Positions 1 to 10,512 of a stretch of 64,000 nt of DNA are shown piece by piece. Below the pieces are notes generated by a model. It saw nothing but the letters and a program-made list of their open reading frames with translations, ran no database searches and was not told where the DNA came from. Position 1 is the stretch's first letter, and every line of letters starts with the position of its first letter. Location: positions 104,284,001 to 104,348,000 of the forward strand of contig OZ024744.1 of assembly GCA_964016885.1 (NCBI GenBank). Reading direction: 5' to 3'. This stretch comes from Eledone cirrhosa (Eukaryota). The translations under genes were made by a program, and so were the position numbers.

Positions 1-52
1 TAATGTACTGGGTATTTGCTGGCCTTGTGCCTAAAGTAGAAATAGTTATTAT
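1..52 (+). mobile_element. 3' end of tRNA-derived SINE (continues upstream of window)
   Basis: Matches the 3' part (gctggccttgtgcctaaagtagaaa + att tail) of the complete SINE at 22059-22246. Confidence 0.85.
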
Positions 53-234
53 TTTTACACTCTTTCCTACGTTCCTCTACACCCTATACGTCTCATTCCA
101 CATTTCCTCTTACATCTCTCTCATTACCACCTGATTCTGATGCCCAGAGATTTACCCATCTGCATTGTTGAGGCTTCCAAAACGACCAATTTCATTATTC
201 CACAATGCTTCAAGCAAACTTCAACACTCTTAAA

Positions 235-564
235 TATATATAAATGAAGTAATTCCGTCGGAAAAGTCCAGGAAAAAAGAGTGCTCTATGTAGGTAACAG
301 AGCTTAATAGTTATGTAATAAACAACATAAGGCAATTTTTCCATTTACCAGTAGTTTCTTAAAAGCAAAAAAATTTGCTTTCAATCACCAGAATGAAAAA
401 TCCTGGTCTATTTATTGAATTGGAATTTAAAAAAACCTATTAAATTCCAATTCAATAAATAGACCAGGATTTTTTCATTCTGATGATTGAAAGCAAAATT
501 GTTTGCTTTTAAGAAACCACTGGTAAATGGAATAATTGCCTTATGTTGTTTATTACATAACTAT
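235..564. mobile_element. Penelope-like pLTR fold-back remnant (HHR family A)
   Basis: Inverted repeat 307-429 / 441-564, a unique extension at 242-306, and (TA)n on both sides. The same sequence terminates the RT/GIY-YIG element at 36581. Confidence 0.8.
473..532 (+). ncRNA. Type I hammerhead ribozyme (family A)
   Basis: tttcatt-CTGATGA-ttgaaagcaaa/tttgcttttaa (stem II)-GAAA-ccactgg-TA-aatggaa. Stem I is 7 bp and the cleavage triplet is GUA. The mirror copy at ~341-398 (-) has a mutated core (CTGGTGA). Confidence 0.85.
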
Positions 565-585
565 ATATATATATATATATATTAT

Positions 586-1998
586 TATTGCCCTTCAGGC
601 TATAACAGAGGAGTTCAAGACAGGCTGCCCATGGGAACTCCTATACGCAGACGATCTGACACTCATAGCGGAATCAATGGCCGAGCTAGAGAAGAAATTC
701 CAAACATGGAAGCACGGCCTAGAGTCAAAAGGACTTAAAATTAACCTGGCTAAGACCAAAGTACTAGTTTGTAGGAAAGAAAACAAGGCGGCGGTCCCTT
801 CTGGGAAATGGTCGTGCTCGGTGTGTAGGAAAGGCGTAGGTAGAAACTCCATTTTATGTCCTAAATGCAAAGTATGGGTGCATAAAAGATGTAGTGGGAT
901 CACAGGTAAGCTAACTAAGAACATAGATTTTACATGTGGCCGGTGTTCTGGTGCAATAAGTAGCAGCAAGTGCCCACAAAATACTAGCTCTTTCAATTGC
1001 GCAGAGGGTTCTATAGAAATAGTGGACAGCTTCCGTTACCTGGGCGATAAAATCAGCAGTGGGGGAGGGTGCTCTGAAAGTACTGTAGCTAGAGTCAGAA
1101 CTGGTTGGAAAAAGTTCAGAGAGCTTATACCACTATTAGCTGCTAAAGGGTTCTCCCTAAAAATGAAAGGCAGGTTGTACGATGCCTGCATACGAACAGC
1201 AATGCTGCATGGCAGTGAGACCTGGGCATTGTGTGCAGAGGATATACGCAGACTAGAGAGGAACGAAGCTTGCATGCTCCGCTGGATGTGTAACAGTAAT
1301 ATACGTGAACGGCAAAGCATAAACGAACTAAGGAAAAAATTAGAGATAAGAGGGATCAGATGTTGTTTACTCGAGAGAAGGCTACGTTGGTATGGACACG
1401 TGATGCGCATGAAAGTCGATAGCTGTATAACAAAGTGCAGGGCAATAAAGATAGACGGTAGTCACGGAATAGGCAGACCTAGAAAAACCTGGGACGAGCT
1501 GATAAACTCCGACATCACACACTTACACCTCTCCAAGACAATGTCACTGGACCGAGACCTTTGGCGGTACTCAGTAATAGAGAAGACCCGCCTTACCTAA
1601 ATATATAGTAAAACCTACTCCAGCCAGTAGGCATCTCTAACAAAATACACCCCGTCCCACCACCACCACCCCCACCCCATCCACACCACCCCGTTCTATG
1701 TAAAGTTATGTTGGTGCCGCGCCATTGAGGCCGAAACAAATGAGATCGTGTAGGTGTCACAACAAAAAAACACACAGTCCACGCTGTAATGTGGCCGTGT
1801 AGGCAACACGGTAAAAACCTCCCAGACCCACACTGTAAATGTGGTTGGTGTTAGGAAGGGTATCCAGCTGTAGAAAACCTGCCAGACAGTCCTATGCGAG
1901 CAAGACAATCACTCTTGCCTCAAGTGGGACTACCCCCGTCCAAACCCATGCAAGCGTGGAACACGGACGTTAAACGTTGATGATGATGATGATGATGA
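586..1998 (+). mobile_element. 5'-truncated RTE-clade LINE (RT C-half with embedded PHD-like finger, 3'UTR, (GAT)n tail)
   Basis: ORF to 1600 has LLYADD, GLKINLAKTKV, FRYLG, HGSETW, RRLRWYGHV and GRPRKTW motifs. Tail gatgatgat at 1979-1998. Flanked by (TA)n. Confidence 0.93.
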
Positions 1999-2022
1999 TA
2001 TATATATATATATATATATATA

Positions 2023-2665
2023 TAAATCAGGAAAGAAGAGTGACACGGTTTGCTATACAAAAAAGGTTTTTAATCTCATTGGTGACAATTGTTTCTCTGA
2101 ACAGGTAGGTCTAGAGATCGCTACCCACTTATTTTCACGTTACTCACTCGATCACCAATACAAAGTTATAACCAGTCAATTCATCGGAGCTTGTGAGAAT
2201 GAAAAGAATAAGCAGGTATGGCTACTATATATAGTAGTAATGGCCTTCAATCAGAACAATAACAACAATACTAACAATTCTACAATAAATTATTTGAAAT
2301 AATCACAACATCAATCTAGGTGGGAAGTATAGTATATCTACGATTTTAGCGTGTAAAACTAGCTGACATGAGGCAGATGTATAAAATTGACATGTAAAAG
2401 CTGTCGTGGGGTGTATTATATCTAGTGTAAAGATAAGCCGGTGTCTTTAAACAATGTAGGTCAGGTGGCCGTAAGAGTCGGTTATTATCTGACAGATGAA
2501 GGATTTATCACTGTAGTGAGATTTATGTGGTCTATATTAGATGTAAGGGTTGTCTAGCTTTCTCATCATCAATAACATACATGTATAAGACAACATTAAC
2601 AGAGTAGCAAAATAATGGGCAAGTTAATACAGAGGTTAAGGAGGCAATATATATATATACACACA

Positions 2666-2725
<60 letters not shown>

Positions 2726-3568
2726 CACATATATACATACATATAAAGAGAAAACATGCTGACTATAATTATAACAGGAGGAAGGTAAAGTTCTGTTGCA
2801 GTAGTATTTTGAAATGTTCTTGGATTTAGGATCAAGTGCTGACAGCAGCTGAGAAGAGATAAGCTTATGGGTTGATGAGGTACTTACAGACATTAGTGTG
2901 GTATAGAACTAAGAAGGCTAGAATGTACTTAATGATTATATTTCTGTGGTGGTTCGTGCAGAGTAGTGGGTATCCTAAGTTGAAAGCTAGGTTACGTTGG
3001 TTCGATTCACGGAGGTTTAAATCTTGTGAATTTAGTGGCGATCCTGTGTCTGCAGAAGATAGATCTTTCTAACTTGTTGCTGAGTAGCCTTTTTACATTT
3101 CTAAGGATATACAGTAATTCTAGATCACATAGCCTAGTGGGACATACCGGTACTGTAGGTTTTTGCGGCCGACAACCTCGACCAGTTGATACTGTAGTTA
3201 GTGTTGTTGCCTGTATATTCTTTTCATTCTCACAAGCTCCGATGAATTGACTGGTTATAACTTTGTATTGGTGATCGAGTAACGTGAAAATAAGCGGGTA
3301 GCGATCTCTAGACCTGCCAGTTCAGAGAAACAATTGTCAGCAATGAGATTAAAAGCCTTTTTTGTATAGCAAACCGTGTCACTCTTCTTTCCTGATTTAT
3401 TATTACTCCAAGTGTTTACAACATAGGAATTACAGCGTACTCGCAGCATCACTATGGAAACGTCTTGTTGAGTCAAACTTAGCCAAGTGTTGATATCATA
3501 CACTACCCGGAGTACCATAACTGGACTTCACCTAAGTGAACTACCTATAACAATAATTTGTTACCCCG
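2023..3568 (-). mobile_element. 5'-truncated Penelope-like (Naiad-type) element with inverted upstream pLTR
   Basis: Minus strand ~3200-3007 reads NYSINWSRLSAAKTYSTGMSH/RLCDLELLYILRNVKRLLSNKLERSIFCRHR...KPP* (GIY-YIG C-terminus, one frameshift). 2023-2210 is the inverted copy of 3216-3400. Extension 3400-3568. (TA)n flanks. Confidence 0.85.
3228..3348 (+). ncRNA. Hammerhead-like motif with enlarged stem II (family B); mirror copy ~2053-2198 (-)
   Basis: tctcacaagct-CCGATGA-(~80 nt closed by tgactgg/ccagttca)-GAAA-CAATTG-TC-agcaatgaga. The palindromic minimal stem III is typical of Penelope HHRs. Confidence 0.65.
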
Positions 3569-3579
3569 TATATATATAT

Positions 3580-4158
3580 ATCATCATCATCATCACCGTT
3601 TTACGTCCGTTCTTCCACGCTAGCATGGGTTACACGGGTTGTCCTGTTGTGGGCAGTGTCTGGTCGGCTGACCTTGTCTTGTTCATATAGGAACTGATTC
3701 TGGCTTGAGTTCTACAGCTGGATGCCCTTCCTAACACCAACCTCATTTACAGTGAGGGCTGGGTGCTTTTTTTCCGTGGCGCCTACACGTCCACAGTGTG
3801 GGCTGGGTGCTTTTTTGCCATGGCACCTCCACGACCACTTTGCAGTGGGAGGGTGTGGGGGCATATTGTCTATATGCTTCAGCTTGTACCCATGGGAGGT
3901 CGGGTACTCTGTATTACTGCATGACGCCAGAGGTCATGGTCGTGTGTCATCGCCTTTGAGAGGTGCAATTGGGTAAGGTTGGCTTTTATCACCTCATCCC
4001 AGGTCTTCTTGGGTCTCCCCATTCTGCGGTTTCCATCGACTTCTAGTGCTCTGAACCTTTTTATGCAGCTGTCATCCTTCACATGCACCAAATGTCCATA
4101 CCAACGCAACCGCCTCTCCTGCACACAGCGTTTGATTCCTCTTATGCTCAGTCTCTCT
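3580..4158 (-). mobile_element. 5'-truncated RTE LINE, second subfamily
   Basis: ORF 3879-4124 ERRLRWYGHL...GRPKKTW. 3'UTR has aggaagggcatccagctgtagaa. (GAT)n tail at 3580-3595. Confidence 0.9.
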
Positions 4159-4626
4159 CAAATATATATATATATATATATAATATAATTGAATATAAAA
4201 GAAAGACGAACACAGATATATACATATGTCTGTTCAAAACGTAAGGGACCAGATTCGCTAAGGTGAAAAGAATACTAACTATAGACAATAGGGTTTGCCT
4301 GACTCAATTTAAAAGGTAAATAGAAATAACAACACAATCAGTACAAGGCACATATACACATATATGAGTATATGCCTGTAATTGTACCCCTATTTGTAAA
4401 TCTAAGTGAGGACATATCAGTTCTAAGTAAGGCTATGTCACTTGAAAGTGAGATTAAGGATTTCAAAATGAGATTAACACAAAAAGATTTGATTATGATA
4501 TTTTAGGAGACAATCAGAACATGAAAGAACATCGTAACATCATTTATAATGTCAACAATACGAACATGTCTTGTTAATTATAAGTTTTGAGTAACTCAGT
4601 TGTAATATTTTCCAGTATTTTCAGGT

Positions 4627-5394
4627 ATAACTATGACAATAGCACTGACTCACAATCCTAACACTTTATAGACTCACTACAAGCAATAACTATGACAATA
4701 GCACTGACTCACAATCCTAACACTTTATAGACTCACTACAAGCAATAACTATGACAATAGCACTGACTCACAATCCTAACACTTTATAGACTCACTACAA
4801 GCAATAAATATGACAATAGCACTGACTCACAATCCTAACACTTTATAGACTCACTACAAGCAATAAATATGACAATAGCACTGACTCACAATCCTAACAC
4901 TTTATAGACTCACTACAAGCAATGAATATGACAATAGCACTGACTCACAATCCTAACACTTTATAGACTCACTACAAGCAATAAATATGACAATAGCACT
5001 GACTCACAATCCTAACACTTTATAGACTCACTACAAGCAATAAATATGACAATAGCACTGACTCACAATCCTAACACTTTATAGACTCACTACAAGCAAT
5101 AACTATGACAATAGCACTGACTCACAATCCTAACACTTTATAGACTCACTACAAGCAATAAATATGACAATAGCACTGACTCACAATCCTAACACTTTAT
5201 AGACTCACTACAAGCAATAAATATGACAATAGCACTGACTCACAATCCTAACACTTTATAGACTCACTACAAGCAATAACTATGACAATAGCACTGACTC
5301 ACAATCCTAACACTTTATAGACTCACTACAAGCAATAACTATGACAATAGCACTGACTCACAATCCTAACACCTTATAGACTCACTACAAGCAA
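4627..5394. repeat. 59-bp minisatellite, ~13 copies
   Basis: Unit taactatgacaatagcactgactcacaatcctaacactttatagactcactacaagcaa. Period 59 (4631, 4690...). Confidence 0.97.
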
Positions 5395-5479
5395 CCTTAG
5401 ACATTTCTGTTTTCTTTGTTCAATGCTCACTTGGTGCTGTTTTTCTAGTCATTACAAAACACTGTTTAAAAATAAACAG

Positions 5480-6344
5480 TTAAACTCTTTACCATCTACA
5501 TTACTCTATATTTACTATTGTATTTTCACAGTAAAGGCTTTACCTCACATAATATCTCACATAACATTTACATTACTCTATATTTACTATTGTATTTTCA
5601 CAGTAAAGGCTTTACCTCACATAATATCTCACATAACATTTACATTACTCTATATTTACTATTGTATTTTCACAGTAAAGGCTTTACCTCACATAATATC
5701 TCACATAACATTTACATTACTCTATATTTACTATTGTATTTTCACAGTAAAGACTTTACCTCACATAATATCTCACATACCATCTACATTACTCTATATT
5801 TACTATTGTATTTTCACAGTAAAGGCTTTACCTCACATAATATCTCACATAACATTTACATTACTCTATATTTACTATTGTATTTTCACAGTAAAGGCTT
5901 TACCTCACATAATATCTCACATAACATTTACATTACTCTATATTTACTATTGTATTTTCACAGTAAAGGCTTTACCTCACATAATATCTCACATAACATT
6001 TACATTACTCTATATTTACTATTGTATTTTCACAGTAAAGGCTTTACCTCACATAATATCTCACATAACATTTACATTACTCTATATATACTATTGTATT
6101 TTCACAGTAAAGGCTTTACCTCACATAATATCTCACATAACATTTATATTACTCTATATTTACTATTGTATTTTCACAGTAAAGGTTTTACCTCACATAA
6201 TATCGAATCTATGAGATTTTGATATTATTTATTTTGAGAACAATACCTTAACATCAGTATGAGTGGCCAGTTACAGCTGGTTTGAACAGAAATAAGTGAA
6301 AGAATTTTGACCGGATACGGCCGGTTTTAATGCTAAAGGGTTAA
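5480..6344. mobile_element. TTAA-flanked MITE (piggyBac-like ends) containing a tandem array
   Basis: Left end ttaa(a)ctctttaccat versus right end atgctaaaggg-ttaa (reverse complement ttaa-ccctttagcat). Confidence 0.55.
5498..6204. repeat. 72-bp minisatellite, ~10 copies
   Basis: Unit acattactctatatttactattgtattttcacagtaaaggctttacctcacataatatctcacataacattt. Period 72. Confidence 0.97.
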
Positions 6345-6574
6345 CTTTGAAATGTTTGAATGTTGTACTTTGCCCCCCCCCCCCCCCCTCACGATTTTAA
6401 AAGCTGCATATTCTGTCAGGTTTTATCAATCCAATAGTTCCATAGAAAACTATCTATTACGATTGGGATTTAATGACAGCAGTCTTTTTGCTTTGTTTTG
6501 TTTTGCTACATTTCCCCTATGAGAAGATACATTATGTATTTTGGGCTAATTAAATTAAGTTTAGGTTTTGTTTG

Positions 6575-6941
6575 AGCTTACTATGAAACCACTAGTCTCA
6601 TTTTGAAGTGATATGTACTCACTATGAAATCACTATTCTCATTTTGAAGTGATTTGTGCTCATTTAGAAGTGAGATATACTCACTTAGAATTCACTATTC
6701 TCATTTTGAAGTGATATGTACTCACTTAGAAATCACTATTCTCATTTTGAAGTGATATATACTCAGAAATTACTATTCTCATTTTGAAGTGAGATATACT
6801 CACTTAGAAATCACTATTCTCATTTTGAAGTGATATGTACTCACTTAGAAATTGCTACTCTCATTTTGAAGTGATATTTGCTTATTTTGAAATCGTTATT
6901 CTCACTTTGAACTAATATATCCTCACACAGAATTACAAATA
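6575..6941. repeat. ~41-bp degenerate tandem repeat, ~8-9 copies
   Basis: Unit tactcacttagaaatcactattctcattttgaagtgatatg. An inverted homologue lies at 4391-4475. Confidence 0.9.
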
Positions 6942-7078
6942 CTGTATATGTATGTATTTTCTCGTATATACATTTATAGCAGAACATTACCCTAAATTCT
7001 AATAACACATGTCAGTGATTCTCACTATCATAAACTGAACTTCTTTATGCTGTAAAATTTGCCTAATTTCTCCGACAG

Positions 7079-7182
7079 ACTGGGGACAATCATTTCCCAC
7101 TCCATGGGTCAGTTACATCCAGAGAAGACACTTCACTAGAAGAACTCAAGGCGGAATTAATTCAAGGAATAAATTCAATGAG
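7079..7182 (+). CDS. Probable penultimate exon of an unidentified host gene
   Basis: Branch-like cctaat plus ttctccgacag acceptor, AG|gtaggg donor. Reads TGDNHFPLHGSVTSREDTSLEELKAELIQGINSM(R) and is phase-compatible with 10513. Confidence 0.6.
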
Positions 7183-7224
7183 GTAGGGATCATTTTCTTG
7201 TTCTAGTTGTGTGTTCTCTCTCTT

Positions 7225-7255
<31 letters not shown>

Positions 7256-7262
7256 GAATGTA

Positions 7263-7565
7263 TATATAGTGTATTTGGTAATACACTGTATGCTTAATTA
7301 AAAGCATTTTGAAGACCTTACGCTATTCTTTTAAAGTAGTGACTATGTCACTTACTTCTTTTTTCAACAAACAAAGGGAGATAAGCTGACAGATCTCTGT
7401 TTCATACTGTTGGTATTCCTCAGAGCTTAGCACTCCCTTTGTTTGTTGAAAATTATGAATGTTGGATTCTTAAAAATGCTTTTAATTAAGCATACAGTGT
7501 ATTACCAAATACACTATATATACATCGCTATTTCAGAGCACCAATTCTATTTCAGAGCACCAATA
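7263..7565 (-). mobile_element. Penelope-like fold-back remnant (HHR family C)
   Basis: Nested inverted repeats 7263-7315/7468-7520 and 7361-7387/7424-7452, extension 7521-7565, (TA)n flanks. Confidence 0.75.
7382..7429 (-). ncRNA. Complete type I hammerhead ribozyme (family C)
   Basis: Minus strand: taagct-CTGAGGA-atac/caaca/gtat-GAAA-caga ga tctg-TC-agctta. All core nucleotides are canonical, with a GUC cleavage site. Confidence 0.9.
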
Positions 7566-7569
7566 TATA

Positions 7570-7874
7570 TATATATAATTAGTGTGGGATGCTTAAAGCG
7601 TCCGTATGCGGTAGGCCGTTTGAGCATTCGATGCTCTTACATAGCAGAGTATAATATCACATAAGAAACGGAGAATCAGTGGTGCGACAAATTAAAATTT
7701 ATTTGGAAACTTTGCTTCGAAGAATCGAGACGTATCTGAGGATCTTGCAATTTCAGAGTCAGGTTTGATGATTGCATCAATCGTGCCTCGAGCTGGTTGC
7801 CAGAGAAACGATTGTAATATGTTTAATAAATTTTAATTCGTCGCACCACTGGTTCTCTGTTTCTTATGTGATAT
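7570..7874 (+). mobile_element. Penelope-like fold-back remnant (HHR family D)
   Basis: Inverted repeat 7654-7703 / 7825-7874, extension 7570-7653, AATAAA at 7825, (TA)n flanks. Confidence 0.75.
7729..7823 (+). ncRNA. Hammerhead ribozyme with enlarged stem II (family D)
   Basis: gacgtat-CTGAGGA-tcttgcaa...(62 nt total)...ttgccaga-GAAA-CGATTG-TA-atatgtt, followed by AATAAA. Confidence 0.75.
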
Positions 7875-7930
7875 ATATATATATGTATATATATATGTAT
7901 ATATATGTATATATGTATATATATATATAT

Positions 7931-8798
7931 GATGGAAAAAGTTCAGAGAACTATTGGCCGCTAAAGGTTTCTCCCTAAAAATGAAAAGCAAACTGTATGA
8001 TGCCTGCATACGAACAGCAATGTTACATGGCAGTGAGACCTGGGCATTATGTGCAGAGGTTCTGCGCAGACTGGAGAGGAACGAAGCATGCATGCTCTGT
8101 TGGATGTGTAATAGCAATATACGTGAACGGCAAAGCATAAATGAACTAAGTGATAAATTAGGAATAAGAGGGATCAGATGCTGTTTACTCGAGAGAAGAC
8201 TACGTTGGTATGGTCACGTGATGCGCATGAAAGACGACAGCTGTATAAAAAAGTGCAGTGCGATTAAAATAGACGGAAGCTACGGAGTAGGTAGACCCAG
8301 AAAAACCTGGGACGATTTGATAAATTCCGACCTTACACACTTACACCTCTCCAAGACAATGTCACTGGACCGAGATCTTTGGCGCTACACAGTAATACAG
8401 AAGACCCGCCTTACCTAAGTACTAAGCGAAACCTACAGTCAGTAGGCTCCTCCTAACCAAAAATACACCCCACCCCACCCCACTACCCTTACCCCCACCC
8501 CCATCTACATCTAAAGTTATGTTGGTGCCACAACATCCAGTCCTAAATTGAATGAGGTCGTGCAGGTGTCACGACAAAAAAAACACACAGTCCACGCAGT
8601 AATGTGGCCGTGTAGGCAACACGGTAAAAACCTCCCAGTCCACACTGTAAACGTGGTTGGTGTTAGGAAGGGCATCCAGCCGTAGAAAACCTGCCAGATA
8701 TAGTCCTATACGAGCAAGACAACCAATCTTGCCTCACGTGGGACAATTCCCGTCTAAACCCATGCTAGCGTGGAAGATGGATGTTAAACGATGATGAT
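7931..8798 (+). mobile_element. 5'-truncated RTE LINE (same family as 586-1998)
   Basis: ORF 7954-8418 is nearly identical in protein to the 536-1600 C-terminus. (GAT)n tail, (TA)n flanks. Confidence 0.93.
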
Positions 8799-9129
8799 AT
8801 ATATGTATGTGTGTGTGTGTGTGTGTGTTTGTGTGTGTGTTTGTGTGTGTGTGTCACATGATAGGTTGTGTTTTCATAATGTGTAGATGAATTGTGGTTA
8901 AAACTAAGTATAAAAGGAATCAGATGTGGTGTGCCAAGGGAGAAGACTTTGCTGGAAAAGATCTGTCCAACCAATGGAAGCATAAAAAAACAGACATGAA
9001 ACGATGATGATGATGATGATATGCCATATGTAAAATAAACAAGATTACATCATCATCATCATTTTATGCCAGCTTTCCTATGTTTGCATGGATTGGACAG
9101 GTCTTTTACAGTACAACATATTTAGATCA

Positions 9130-10450
9130 ATTAACCTTAAGGTCAACTGTTTCTGTCAGAAAATTGAGAAGAAAGGAATAATAAAAACTAAATGATTTAA
9201 ACGGCATGCAACAACTTAATATCATTAAAATGGCTTTAATAGTGTTAGTTTGTGAACTAGTAGGCTTATATAGAAATTGCTTTTGATGCCATAGTGTTGG
9301 CCTGTACAGGGATGACAGGCATATTCTATTGAATAAGCTAGTATATAACTGACACTTTCTGAGGAAACCATGATTGAACAAATGCAACTTGAGGGTATCA
9401 GTTGAAGCAAACCTTACAACAGCAAACTTCTCTTATGCTATGCACATAATGTAAACTTTACATTATACAAGAGACTTCACAGCTTGCCATCTACTTCCAC
9501 AGAAAGTCATATCACACACCCATCATCATCATCAAACATGGAAGTAAAAGCATCAACAAGCACATTAACCTTTGATGAAACTACCTGTATGGGGGTTGCA
9601 GAGAACTACACTAAAATAGTGACATGCAGTAGCTATTAGGAAAAAGTAAAGTATTACTCAACGACTTAATACTAAAAACATGAGTTAACAATGGAGCCTC
9701 TATCATCATCATTATCATCATTTTACGAGGTTGACTTTACCTTTCATCCTTACGGGGTCGATAAAATAAAGTACCAGTAATACACTGAATAATTGCTGGC
9801 CTTGTGCCTAAAGTAGAAACAATTATCATCATTTTACGTCCGCTTTTCCCTGCTTGCAAGGGTGGGATGGGTCCTATTAAGCATGGCATCTCTCCACTTG
9901 TCACGGTCTTTGTCATCTCCTCTATGTGGATAGTTTGACATGCTAGAAATAGCGAGTCAACTGCTACTGTTTTAAAAATGGAAGGATACACTGCAAAATG
10001 TAGGCATAGATATACAAAAAGATGAGATGGTCATGGCTGGAATGTATTTCAGGATAGGTGTGCTTGATCAAGATTGATTTAAGCACTGATGTAGAAACCA
10101 AATCAGCAAACATTTGCTTCGTTGTAATAATTCCCTTAGACATTCCATAAAAACGATATAAAGATGAAAAAAAGTCTTTTGATAGTCCCAATACAGTCAA
10201 AGCAGGGGCTAACATGCAGTTTCTGGAACATAAATGCCTAGAGAAAAACATTGTAGATTGCCTTGATGTCATCACAAATATCATCCCAGCTAGCTAGGTA
10301 AGATTCAAAAATGACTATTTCATAACTCCCCTATACCAGCACAACATCTTGTCAGACACCTGGAGAAAACTATAGCTCTTTCCAGCAATATTACATGAGC
10401 AATTCTAACAATTCAAATAGCAGAAGATACTGAACATGTTTTAGAAACAA
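9130..10450 (+). pseudogene. Highly decayed Penelope-like RT/EN relic interrupted by SINE and RTE fragments
   Basis: Recognisable peptides VCELVGLY (~9250), SVGLYRDD (~9293) and KCLEKNIV (~10232), with many stops and deletions. Confidence 0.55.
9725..9826 (+). mobile_element. 5'-truncated SINE
   Basis: Matches 22147-22246. Confidence 0.85.
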
Positions 10451-10512
10451 TCTAAAATCTGTAAATTAAGTTAAGTTTACCTAAATTTACTATCTGATTT
10501 CTTTTCCTCCAG

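Noticed and set aside
4507-4624. Upstream exon of the host gene (ttttag...cag|gtataa)
   Set aside because: Stops in all three frames.
5423-6222. Long ORFs of 263 and 234 aa
   Set aside because: Artefacts of a 72-bp (multiple of 3) stop-free tandem unit.
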